From: an uncultured Clostridia bacterium
GTDB taxonomy: Bacteria; Bacillota; Clostridia; TANB77; CAG-508
Assembly (NCBI GenBank): GCA_944386695.1
Contig: CALXCB010000002.1
Location: forward strand, 12,322 to 76,321
Direction: 5' to 3'
Length of the DNA: 64,000 nucleotides
A program made the translations under genes and the position numbers. Below the pieces are notes generated by a model. That model made no database searches. It was not told the DNA's origin and saw only the letters and a program-made list of their open reading frames with translations. The first letter of the stretch is position 1, and every line of letters begins with the position of its first letter. Below are positions 1 through 9,727 of this stretch, piece by piece.

Positions 1-289
1 TTACATCTGAAAGATTTAATATTTCTTTATGATATGTTTCAATTTCTGACGATAAGATATCGATTTTTGCACATTCTTCTTCTAAATCTTTTTTTATACA
101 TAATTCTTCATTGGCTGTATGCTTTTGATATACTTTTTTACCAATTTCTTGGTATAAATCATTTATTTTTGACTTATTTTCATTGATTTTTAACTTCAAT
201 TTTGCTTCTTTTGCTATCTTGCCTGTCTTTTCAGCAGCTCCTTTATATGTTTCTGTTGCTTTTTTTGTTATCTTGTCAAAAAATTCCAT
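1..289 (-). CDS. hypothetical coiled-coil protein, 3'-truncated by the window start; ATG at 289-287 preceded by GGAGG
   Basis: ORF read by eye on the minus strand (MEFFDKITKKATETYKGAAEKTGKIAKEAKLKLKINENK...) runs off the window start. A good RBS sits 7 nt upstream. No recognisable family. Confidence 0.45.
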   Translation of the reverse strand, partial: MEFFDKITKKATETYKGAAEKTGKIAKEAKLKLKINENKSKINDLYQEIGKKVYQKHTANEELCIKKDLEEECAKIDILSSEIETYHKEILNLSDV

Positions 290-361
290 CTGTAATTTTC
301 CTCCTATACTATTATTCTCTTTTCTTTACTATTATGTATCATTTCATCTTTTTTATGCAAA

Positions 362-1354
362 TTAATCTTCATCTTTTTTCTCTCGTGTCATCAATAATTC
401 CACTGCTTTTTTAGGATCTAAATTATTGTATAAAATATCATAAACAGTATTTAGTATTGGAAGTTCTAATCCTAATTTATCACTTAATTGTTTGGCAACT
501 TCAATATTATCTATTGATTCTATTGTCATTCCTACTTCTTTTTTAGTTTCTTCTACAGTTTTTCCTTGACCAATTAGTTTTCCTGCTTTTCTATTTCTAG
601 AATGTTCGCTTAAACATGTTACAATTAAATCTCCTAATCCACTTAATCCATAAAATGTTTCTTTTTCTCCACCAAGTGCTACTCCTAGTTTTCTAATTTC
701 AACTAAACCTCTTGTAATTAAAGCTGCAAAAGTATTATCTCCACAACCAATTCCAGCTGCTACACCACTACAAAATGCAATTATATTTTTTAATGCTCCT
801 CCAAGTTCTACTCCTTTCACATCATTTGATGTGTATATTCGCATATATTCATTCATAAATGTATTTTGTACTAAAGTTTTTAATTCTTCGTCTTTAGATG
901 CTATAACTAATACTGTTGGAATTGCAATTGATACTTCTTCTGCATGACTAGGCCCTGATAATGCTCCTATTCTTGCATTTGGAATTTCTTCTTTCACAAC
1001 TTCGTCTAATGTAAATGATGTATCCTTTTCAATTCCTTTTGAACAAATTACTATTGGTTGTTTTGTTACATCTATATATTGTTTATATTCTTTTACTATA
1101 TTTCTTGTAAATTTTGAAGGTGTAACTTGTAACACTAGTTCAGCATCTTTTAAAACTTCTTGATAAGAAGTACTACATTCTATATTTTCTGGAAGTTTTA
1201 CTTCAGGCAAAAATTTACATCTTCTTTCGTTATTTATTAAATCTGCCTCTTCTTTTTGAAATGACCATATTTTAATTTTATGACCCATTTTAGCTAGATG
1301 CACTGCTAATGCAACTCCCCAACTTCCGCTTCCTATAATTGCAATATTTTTCAT
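362..1354 (-). CDS. gpsA: NAD(P)H-dependent glycerol-3-phosphate dehydrogenase
   Basis: 330 aa. N-terminal Rossmann motif IAIIGSGSWGVALA. Full-length similarity to GpsA. Adjacent to plsY, the usual arrangement. Confidence 0.9.
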   Translation of the reverse strand: MKNIAIIGSGSWGVALAVHLAKMGHKIKIWSFQKEEADLINNERRCKFLPEVKLPENIECSTSYQEVLKDAELVLQVTPSKFTRNIVKEYKQYIDVTKQPIVICSKGIEKDTSFTLDEVVKEEIPNARIGALSGPSHAEEVSIAIPTVLVIASKDEELKTLVQNTFMNEYMRIYTSNDVKGVELGGALKNIIAFCSGVAAGIGCGDNTFAALITRGLVEIRKLGVALGGEKETFYGLSGLGDLIVTCLSEHSRNRKAGKLIGQGKTVEETKKEVGMTIESIDNIEVAKQLSDKLGLELPILNTVYDILYNNLDPKKAVELLMTREKKDED

Positions 1355-1393
1355 TATATCAATCTCCTTAATCTTTGTTATATTATCATTATA

Positions 1394-2035
1394 TTATTTA
1401 TTTGTATTTTTAAAACTTAATTTATTTTCAGTTCCATTAGCTATCCTTTTTATATTTTCTCTATGGTTGAATATTACTATAAGAGCTAATATTAAACTAT
1501 ATATAAAATATTTTATTCCAGATGCTTCAACAATAAAATTATTATTTATAAACAAAGTCAATACTGGAAATAATATTGCTGCTCCAACAGATCCCATTGA
1601 TACCATTCTACTAAATAGCATTATAACAATTGCAAAAACTAAGCATATTAAACCTATCTGCCAATTTGTCATAAGTAAAACTCCTAAAGAAGTTGCAACT
1701 CCTTTTCCTCCTTTGAATTCAAAAAATATTGGAAAAGTATGACCTAAGACAACAAATATTCCTGCAATTTGTATTAGAAGTGCTTTATCTACATTGTTTG
1801 CTATTTTTCCAGCAATTAAAGCTATTAATATTGCAACTACTCCTTTTAATATATCACATAAAAGTGTAATTAATGCTGCTTTTTTTCCAACTGCACGAAG
1901 CATATTTGTTGTTCCGGCATTTCCACTTCCTTTTTCTCTTACGTCAAAACCTGCCATTTTTCTACTTATTATTACAGAAAAATTTATGCTACCTATTACA
2001 TAAGCTATAACTGCTATTATTATGTATGTTGCCAT
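1394..2035 (-). CDS. plsY: glycerol-3-phosphate acyltransferase PlsY
   Basis: 213 aa multi-TM protein with the PlsY signature GSGNAGTTN and a following G-rich motif. Linked with gpsA. Confidence 0.88.
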   Translation of the reverse strand: MATYIIIAVIAYVIGSINFSVIISRKMAGFDVREKGSGNAGTTNMLRAVGKKAALITLLCDILKGVVAILIALIAGKIANNVDKALLIQIAGIFVVLGHTFPIFFEFKGGKGVATSLGVLLMTNWQIGLICLVFAIVIMLFSRMVSMGSVGAAILFPVLTLFINNNFIVEASGIKYFIYSLILALIVIFNHRENIKRIANGTENKLSFKNTNK

Positions 2036-2114
2036 AATTATTCCTCCTTTGCTTTTTTATATAAGCATTATATTATATAATTTTGCAAATATCAAGTCTA
2101 GAATTATTTCTTTT

Positions 2115-3368
2115 CTAACTTTTTATTAAATATATTTCTGCTCCTAAATTATTTAATTTATCATTTAAATTTTCATATCCTCTTAATATATATTCAATAT
2201 TTTCAACATTTGTAGTCCCCTTAGCTGCTAAACCTGCCAATAATAAGCTTGCTCCTCCCCTTAAATCTGTTGCTTGCACTTTTGTGCCATATAATTTTTT
2301 ACAACCTTTTATTATTGCTGTTTTTCCTTCTATTTTTACTTTTGCTCCCATTTTTTGCAATTCTGTTAGATATTTATATCGGTTTTCAAATATGTTTTCA
2401 ACTATTACTGAAGTTCCATTTGCAATACAAAGCATAGCAGCTATGATTGATTGCATATCTGTTGGAAATCCTGGATATGGCATTGTCTTTATATCTACTG
2501 CTTTTAATCTTTTTGGTGCTTTTATATCTATTTCATGTTCCCTTAATTGAATTTTACATCCAGATTCAATCAACTTATCTATAATAGGTATTATGTGATT
2601 TATATTTACTTTTTTTAATTTTATTTCTCCACCTGTAATAGCCGTTGCTACAAGTAATGTACCCGCTTCTATTCTATCAGGCATTATATTATAACTTACA
2701 TCTTTTAATCTTGATACCCCTTGTATTGTTATAATATTACTTCCGGCTCCTTGTATTTTTGCTCCCATTTTATTTAAAAAATTTTGTAAATCAATTATTT
2801 CTGGCTCCATTGCTGCATTTATAATTTTGGTAGTTCCTTTTGCTAATATTGATGCTAACATGATATTTTCAGTTGCTCCTACACTTGGAAAGTCTAAACT
2901 AATTTCTGTTGGTTTTATTTCTTCTGTTTCACATATTATTTTACCAAAGCTTTTATTTATTGTTACACCTAATTTTTCGAATCCTTTTAAATGTAAATCA
3001 ATTGGTCTTGAACCAATATCACAACCTCCTGGATACGAAAATATCACTTTACCATATCTACCTAATATTGCTCCTGCAAAAATTACTGATGAACGCATCT
3101 GTCTCATTAAATGCTCTGGTATTTCGAATTTTGAAATATTTGATGAATCTATTACTACTTTATTTTGATTTTTTTTAACTTTGCAGCCTAAACTTTTTAA
3201 TATTTCAATCATCATTTGTGTATCATGAATATTTGGTACATTATAAAGTTTTGTTATTCCTCTGTTTAATACACTTGCTGCCATTATTGGAAGCGAAGCA
3301 TTTTTTGAACCTGAGACAAAAGTTTCTCCTTGTAACTTTTTGCCTCCTTCTATTATGTAACTTGACAT
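2115..3368 (-). CDS. murA: UDP-N-acetylglucosamine 1-carboxyvinyltransferase
   Basis: 417 aa, full-length MurA/EPSP-synthase fold, including the CDIGSRPIDLH region around the catalytic Cys. Confidence 0.9.
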   Translation of the reverse strand: MSSYIIEGGKKLQGETFVSGSKNASLPIMAASVLNRGITKLYNVPNIHDTQMMIEILKSLGCKVKKNQNKVVIDSSNISKFEIPEHLMRQMRSSVIFAGAILGRYGKVIFSYPGGCDIGSRPIDLHLKGFEKLGVTINKSFGKIICETEEIKPTEISLDFPSVGATENIMLASILAKGTTKIINAAMEPEIIDLQNFLNKMGAKIQGAGSNIITIQGVSRLKDVSYNIMPDRIEAGTLLVATAITGGEIKLKKVNINHIIPIIDKLIESGCKIQLREHEIDIKAPKRLKAVDIKTMPYPGFPTDMQSIIAAMLCIANGTSVIVENIFENRYKYLTELQKMGAKVKIEGKTAIIKGCKKLYGTKVQATDLRGGASLLLAGLAAKGTTNVENIEYILRGYENLNDKLNNLGAEIYLIKS

Positions 3369-3471
3369 TTTTCTCTCATTCCTTTCATAAAGCTCTAAAT
3401 TATGTTATATTTTATGAGTCGATAATGTGTTTTGTTACTTAATTAGGTTTAAAATGTCGATTTTGATTATA

Positions 3472-4398
3472 TTATTCCCCTATACAAAATTTATAAATTA
3501 TATTATAAACATCCAATTTATCTTTTTCGTGCAATATATCATGCCTATCATTAGGCATTAATTTCAAAGAAATATTATTTATGCCTGCTTTTTTAAATGC
3601 TTTATATGTTTTTATAACACCTTTTCCACAATTTCCTACTGGATCCTTTTGGCCTGATATTAATAAAATCTTTATATCTTTATTCATTTTTTGAATATTA
3701 TTTATTTTCGAAGTATATAACATTCCATTTAGCATCTCTCTAAATAGTCCTGCTGAAAAATCTCCTCCACGTAACGGATCATCTATGTATTCTCTCAAAG
3801 CCTCTTCATTTGCACATAACCAATCATATTCTGTTTTATTAGGTGCAAAAATTTTATTATATGTGCCAAATGTTAAATCATGGATTTTTTGTGTGGAGTG
3901 ATCTTCTCCTACTTTTTTTGCTTCACTGTTTGCCATACTTCTTGCTAATTTTAGAGGTATAGCTGATATTTGACCTGTTCCCATTATAATAGCTTTATGT
4001 ATGTCATTTGGATATTTTATAAGATATGTTCTCATTAAAAAAGAACCTAAAGAAAATCCTAGAAAAATATACTCTAAGTTAGGGAATCTTTTTTTAGTAA
4101 TTTCATAACATTTTTTTATATCATCAACAACAAAATCCCAGCTTCCTTCTTTTCCAAAATACATTTTTTCTCTTCCTTCTGCTACTGAAAGACCATGCCC
4201 AATATGATCATTGCCAACTACAATATATCCTTTTGATGTAAAATATTTTGCAAATTCTTCATATCTTAATATGTATTCTGTTACTCCGTGTGCTATTTGA
4301 ATTATTCCTTTAGGTTGTTTATCATCTGGAATCCATATACAAGCATGGATTTTAGTTATATTGTCTGATGATTCATAATAAAATTCTTCTCTACTCAT
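3472..4398 (-). CDS. alpha/beta hydrolase, lysophospholipase / monoacylglycerol-lipase-like (Hydrolase_4 family)
   Basis: 308 aa. HG oxyanion motif (IAHGVTEY). GXSXG nucleophile elbow GFSLGS. Later Asp (DPVG) and His (HDILHE). Overlaps the upstream ORF by 8 bp. Confidence 0.8.
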   Translation of the reverse strand: MSREEFYYESSDNITKIHACIWIPDDKQPKGIIQIAHGVTEYILRYEEFAKYFTSKGYIVVGNDHIGHGLSVAEGREKMYFGKEGSWDFVVDDIKKCYEITKKRFPNLEYIFLGFSLGSFLMRTYLIKYPNDIHKAIIMGTGQISAIPLKLARSMANSEAKKVGEDHSTQKIHDLTFGTYNKIFAPNKTEYDWLCANEEALREYIDDPLRGGDFSAGLFREMLNGMLYTSKINNIQKMNKDIKILLISGQKDPVGNCGKGVIKTYKAFKKAGINNISLKLMPNDRHDILHEKDKLDVYNIIYKFCIGE

Positions 4399-5407
4399 TT
4401 ATTTCTCCTCCATTCTCAACTATCTCAAATTGCTCTTCTGTAGTCAATTTTCGAATTTTTTCAACTAAATCTGTCTCTTCTTTTACCAATCTTATTACTT
4501 CTCTTTTTAAATCTGTCATAATTTGATTAATTTTTCCTTCTTGTTGTTGTAATAAAGCAAACATATCTACAATTTCTTTTGGTATTTCTATAATTTCTTC
4601 TTTCTCTATTTCTCCATAATGTATTAATTCTAGTGATGAAAATGCTCTTCCTATTGTTTGAACTAATAAATTATTGTTTGCTGTATGTGGAATTATTGGA
4701 GTCATTCCACCTACTCTTTCAAGTATTGTTAACTTTGCTATTATTTTATTTTTTTCCAATGATTGTTTATTATTTAATGCTTTATAACTACTTATTCTTG
4801 CAGTTGGTGCCCTATATACTATTCCTTTTTTTAATTTTGCTTTACTTGTATCAAAATCTTCTTTTGAAATATATCTCATCTCTATTGTATTTTTAATTTC
4901 TTCTTCAGTTTGGCTATTATCTATTTCATTCAATGTTTTTAAGATTTTGCTATTGCCACTTATAGAAGAAGTATATTCAGCTACTTTTTTTGATATTTCT
5001 TCAAGCATATATTGTCCAGCATTTATGACTCTCTTTCCAAATTCTTTTTTTGCTACTTCTACCATTATGTATTTATCTTTGTATCTCCCTCTTCCATAAG
5101 AAATTGAGACATTTGCATTACTGGAAAGTGATATACAATTTGTGTCTTTTCTATAATTCACTTTTATATGGTCATATACTTGTTCTAAACTTATTTCATC
5201 TTCTTTACTATATTTGGGATTTTCATTTTTGGGATTTTCTTCATATCTTTCTCTATCTGTTCTTATTTTAGTTATTTGACCTTTACTATCTGTTATTTTA
5301 CCTTGTTCTAAATCTTGGTTGTCTGCCATATTTAAAGCTCGCAAAAAGTAATAGTTTTCTTCATCTTCTATTATATTAAAATTTTCTATATTAAATATAT
5401 CTTTCAT
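4391..5407 (-). CDS. hypothetical protein, 338 aa from the internal ATG with RBS AGAGGA (the ORF track starts 18 codons earlier); no recognisable domain
   Basis: Long hydrophilic, charged ORF. The C-terminus overlaps the hydrolase start by 8 bp. It lies 78 bp downstream of the KAP NTPase gene on the same strand. Confidence 0.6.
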   Translation of the reverse strand: MKDIFNIENFNIIEDEENYYFLRALNMADNQDLEQGKITDSKGQITKIRTDRERYEENPKNENPKYSKEDEISLEQVYDHIKVNYRKDTNCISLSSNANVSISYGRGRYKDKYIMVEVAKKEFGKRVINAGQYMLEEISKKVAEYTSSISGNSKILKTLNEIDNSQTEEEIKNTIEMRYISKEDFDTSKAKLKKGIVYRAPTARISSYKALNNKQSLEKNKIIAKLTILERVGGMTPIIPHTANNNLLVQTIGRAFSSLELIHYGEIEKEEIIEIPKEIVDMFALLQQQEGKINQIMTDLKREVIRLVKEETDLVEKIRKLTTEEQFEIVENGGEINE

Positions 5408-5539
5408 TTTACATTTTCCTCTGTTTCTTTTTATATAAGTTATTTTATCATAATGCATCAAAATTTGAAAGTTTTTTGTAGCTTTAAATAAAAATAAAGC
5501 CCTAATATTTCTATTAAAGCTTTACTTATCTCTATATAG

Positions 5540-7513
5540 TTACTTTTCAAATTCACTTTTTACTTTTGCAGGTTTAAGTATTTCCGCTAATTCATTTGAA
5601 AATTCTCTTAATAAAACAATTTTTATAGTAGTATCTTTTCCATTGATATATTCATCCATAATATTTTTTAATCGACTTAAGCTCTCCATTTCTTCTTCTG
5701 TTATTTCTGGATTTTCATATGCTCTTTTTACAATCTTTTCTTTAATAGCTACAATATCTTCATTGCTAGCACAAGACACTCTTTGGAAAACTTGGAAAGG
5801 ATCATAATACTTCAATATTGGTATATTCATACATTCTTTATCAAATCTTTCATAGAATTGTTCCATTCTTATTGGAATACATTTAAATATTTCATCTGCT
5901 TTTTCTTTATATTCTTTTTCTAAAAGCTGTTCATTTAATTCATCAAATCTATCTAAAATTTCTTCCATTTCCTCATTTGAATATTCTTTTTCATCTCTTA
6001 TTACAACTTTACCTAATTCTTCATCAACATTTGGGCAATAACTTGAATGAAGTGATGCTAAATTCATTCCATTAAGAAACACTGTTTTTAGTGTTTTTAT
6101 ATCATTATTTATTAAATTACTTTTTGAAAAGTATATGAAATATTCAAATAATTTAACAATATCTACTAGTTCAAGCTCACCATTTTTTACTTCTTCTAAA
6201 GTCTCTGCTACAATTTCTGTAAATTTATCATCTTGAACTTTCCAATATTCTTCAACAAGAATTTTCTTGTATGCTGGTACTTTTCTTGATTGAGGACTTG
6301 CATTTACAGCTTCCATATCTGCTTTGAAAATTTTCATATCAAAAATTCTTGTTCTTACATAATATTCTATAAATTTGAAAAACCTATATTCTGCTTTGAA
6401 ATTATAGTAATAATTTCCATCAAATTCTTTTATATAGAACTGCCTATTATCCATTAAAACTCTTGAAGAAACTAAGATTGACTTATATTCCTCATTATCT
6501 TGAATATTCTTGAATTTTTCTTTTGTTATTTTTCCTGTTTTTATTTCAAAAGATACTGCTATTGTAAATATAAGCATAGTTTGCATTACTCTATTGTTAG
6601 TATTTGGATACACTTTATTTACTTCTTCAAATATTTTATTAAAATCATTTAAAGCATGTTTTAATATACGTAAATTTTTTGTACCACTTTTCTGAAATGT
6701 TGTTAAAATAAGCTCTGAATTTTCTCTTAAAAATCTTATTAACTCTCTATTTGACTCATATCTCATAAGTATTCCATTTATAATGTAGTCAAATTGAGGA
6801 GCATATTCGAAAGTTTCACCAATTAATTTTTCTTTTATTCTTTCATAATCTATTGCTTTATCAAAAACATGCTCTATCTTTTCTTGGATTTTTTCAACCA
6901 TTGGCTTGTCTTCTTTATTAAGCTCTCCTTGTTTATCTAAAAGATATGTTGCTATAAATGTTTTCATTTCTAGATTGCTACTTTTTATTTTAGTTGATAA
7001 CTCTTTTTCATTACATATTATAATTGTTTTTATATGATCATGTTCAACAAAATTGTTAATATATCCTAAAATATCTATAACATCTACATTTGCTCTTTCT
7101 AAATCATCAAAACATAATACTTTATCATCTGTTGAGAAAAATTCTTCATAGTCTATTTTGCTTCCATTTGTTGCATTTCCGAAAAAATTTGCCATATCAA
7201 TTCCTGTCTTAGCATATTCCGGAATGGTAGTTAGGTCATGTGCATTCATATATTTTCTTAAATTTTTGTCCATCAATTGAGATGTTTCCATAAATATTTT
7301 TTTGCTTATTTCTTCAAGATTTGAAATTCCATATAAAGACATATATATTGTTGTAAATTTTTTACCATTTAATTTTAAACTTTCTATTTTTTTCTTTATT
7401 TGGTTATTCCAAAAATATGTCTTTCCTGAACCCCATTCGCCATTTATCATTATTGCATAATCTGTGTAATCTGAGCGTACATAATCTAATATACTTTCTA
7501 TTAATTCATCCAT
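5540..7513 (-). CDS. KAP-family P-loop NTPase
   Basis: 657 aa. Walker A GEWGSGKTYF near the N-terminus and a KAP-type Walker B LCFDDLERANV. Confidence 0.75.
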   Translation of the reverse strand: MDELIESILDYVRSDYTDYAIMINGEWGSGKTYFWNNQIKKKIESLKLNGKKFTTIYMSLYGISNLEEISKKIFMETSQLMDKNLRKYMNAHDLTTIPEYAKTGIDMANFFGNATNGSKIDYEEFFSTDDKVLCFDDLERANVDVIDILGYINNFVEHDHIKTIIICNEKELSTKIKSSNLEMKTFIATYLLDKQGELNKEDKPMVEKIQEKIEHVFDKAIDYERIKEKLIGETFEYAPQFDYIINGILMRYESNRELIRFLRENSELILTTFQKSGTKNLRILKHALNDFNKIFEEVNKVYPNTNNRVMQTMLIFTIAVSFEIKTGKITKEKFKNIQDNEEYKSILVSSRVLMDNRQFYIKEFDGNYYYNFKAEYRFFKFIEYYVRTRIFDMKIFKADMEAVNASPQSRKVPAYKKILVEEYWKVQDDKFTEIVAETLEEVKNGELELVDIVKLFEYFIYFSKSNLINNDIKTLKTVFLNGMNLASLHSSYCPNVDEELGKVVIRDEKEYSNEEMEEILDRFDELNEQLLEKEYKEKADEIFKCIPIRMEQFYERFDKECMNIPILKYYDPFQVFQRVSCASNEDIVAIKEKIVKRAYENPEITEEEMESLSRLKNIMDEYINGKDTTIKIVLLREFSNELAEILKPAKVKSEFEK

Positions 7514-7567
7514 TTTTATCCTCCCTTTCTCCTAAGGCATCAACTTAGTTAAGAGCTAATACATTTT

Positions 7568-8029
7568 TTAATCTTTTGCAAGTGTTAATACATCTACTCT
7601 TTCTACCTTAGCCATTTTTAATATTTTACTACATTCGTTTACTGTTGAACCTGTTGTATATATATCATCTACCAGTAATATCCTTTTGCCTATAATATTT
7701 TTATTATTAAATAATTTATAAACATTATTTACATTATGCTCTCTTTCAATTTTATTTAAAACACTTTGAGCTGAATTGTTCTTTGTTTTTTGTAAAATTC
7801 TATTATCTAACTCTATATTAAGCATTTTTGCCAATTCCTTTGCTATTAAATAGCTTTGATTGTATCCTCTTTGTTTTAATCTTTTTCTACTTATTGGAAC
7901 TGGTATTATTATATCATAATATTCTTTTTTTAAATATTCTTTTTGAAATTTATAACAAAATTCCACAAAAGTTTTGTGTAAATATGGCTTTTCATTAAAT
8001 TTATAATTTAAAATTAAATTTCTTATCAT
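7568..8029 (-). CDS. comFC: ComF-family phosphoribosyltransferase (ComFC); the annotated ORF is only the C-terminal PRTase part. The reading frame continues upstream to about 8217 (zinc-ribbon CGICGKG...CKKC) without a canonical start codon
   Basis: PRTase motif ILLVDDIYTTGSTV. The in-frame upstream translation ...ILDIIYPKICGICGKGKNTYLCKKCENKL... has a TGA at 8219-8221 and no ATG/GTG/TTG before MIRN. A GTG at 8222-8220 is in the +1 frame and would join through the A6 run. Confidence 0.65.
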   Translation of the reverse strand: MIRNLILNYKFNEKPYLHKTFVEFCYKFQKEYLKKEYYDIIIPVPISRKRLKQRGYNQSYLIAKELAKMLNIELDNRILQKTKNNSAQSVLNKIEREHNVNNVYKLFNNKNIIGKRILLVDDIYTTGSTVNECSKILKMAKVERVDVLTLAKD

Positions 8030-8226
8030 TCCATCATATCTAAAAATATAAAAATGTTGTTTAAAATATTTATCTTTATATTCATCTTTTCCAAATATCG
8101 CTTCTTGTTTTAATTTATTCTCACATTTTTTACATAGATATGTATTTTTTCCTTTACCACAAATGCCACATATTTTAGGATATATTATATCTAATATTTT
8201 TTCTATAAAAATTATATCTCACCCTT

Positions 8227-9595
8227 TTACTTTTTTAAATTTAATGCTCTTAAAGCATCATTAATATTCTTTACTCCTATAATTTCTAAATTATATCTTT
8301 CTTCTAAATGTTTTTTATTGCTATCTGGTATAATACATCTTTTAAATCCTAATTTCTCAGCTTCCTTTAGTCTTTTTTCTATCATATTAATTCTTCTTAC
8401 TTCACCAGTTAAACCTACTTCCCCCATAATTACAACATCTTTTGGAATTGGTATATTTCTAAAGCTTGATGCACATACACATATAATTCCTAAATCCACA
8501 GAAGGTTCATTTAATCTGATACCTCCTACAACATTTACATAAATATCTTGTCCACCTATTTGTAAATTAGCTCTTTTTTCTAGAACTGCAATCATTACTG
8601 CTAGTCTGTTATAATCCAAGCCATTTGCTGTTCTCTTAGGTATTCCAAATACACTTAAAGTTGTTAGTGCTTGAAGTTCAATTAACATTGGTCTTGTTCC
8701 TTCCATACTTGCAACTATCGCAGATCCTGGTGGATTATCTTCTCTTTCTGAAATTAATATCTCAGACGGATTAGTAATTTCTACTAATCCTTCTCCTTTC
8801 ATTTCAAACATACCAATCTCATTTGTTGAACCAAATCTATTTTTTACCCCTCTTAAAATTCTATATGAAAAATACCTTTCTCCTTCTAAATAAAGAACAG
8901 TATCTACCATGTGCTCTAGAACTCTTGGTCCTGCTATTGTTCCGTCTTTTGTTACATGTCCAATTATAATTGTTGTAATTAGCTTTGATTTACATATTCT
9001 CATAATTTGAGATGTTATTTCTCTTACTTGACTTACACTTCCTGCAGCAGCTGAAAGTTCTTCTGAATACATAGTTTGTATAGAATCAATTATAACAAGT
9101 TTAGGAGTTAATTCTTCTATATTTTCATTTATTATTGATATATCTGTCTCTCCTAAGAATAAAATATCTTCATTATTGATTCCTAATCTATCAGCTCTTA
9201 GTTTTATTTGTTCTGCTGATTCTTCTCCTGATACATACAATACTTTTCCTTTACCTTGTATTTTATTACATAGCTGTAAAATAAGTGTTGATTTACCTAT
9301 TCCTGGTTCTCCGGCCTAATAAAATTAATGAACCTTTGACAATTCCTCCTCCTAAAACTCTGTCTAATTCATCAAATCCTGTTGATGTTCTTGCTACTTC
9401 TTGCCCTTTGTATGAATTTAAGGCTTTTGGCTCGTTTCTTTCCTTTATTTTTTTTATTCCGTTTTCTGTTACTTTTTCTACTTTTTGCTCAAAAAAGGTA
9501 TTCCAACTATTACATGCAGGACATTTTCCCATCCATTTAGCACTTTCATAACCACATTCATTACATACAAATATTATTTTACTTGCTTTTGCCAT
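8227..9595 (-). pseudogene. radA: DNA repair protein RadA/Sms, split into two ORFs (9595-9293 and 9240-8227) by a +1 frameshift at ~9311-9316 (GGCCGG where GGC GGA is expected)
   Basis: The N-terminal fragment has the zinc finger CNECGYESAKWMGKCPACNSW. After the shift, the Walker A GEPGIGKSTL reads in the other frame and the Lon-like C-terminal domain follows. An essential, conserved gene, so this is probably a sequencing indel. Confidence 0.85.
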
Positions 9596-9727
9596 TTATT
9601 TTTTCCTCTCTTTTTAACTTTTTTTATTCTACTATATTTACTTTAAATTTGCAAGAAAATTTTTTCACTAAGAAAAAAAAATCCAATAGCATACAAACTA
9701 CTGGACCTTTTTATGAATTTGCTTTTT

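Noticed and set aside
1467-3178. Plus-strand ORFs (1467..1742, 1794..2003, 2249..2550, 2827..3178, etc.) antisense to plsY and murA
   Set aside because: They are entirely contained in well-supported minus-strand genes and have low-complexity, hydrophobic translations typical of AT-rich antisense frames. No RBS.
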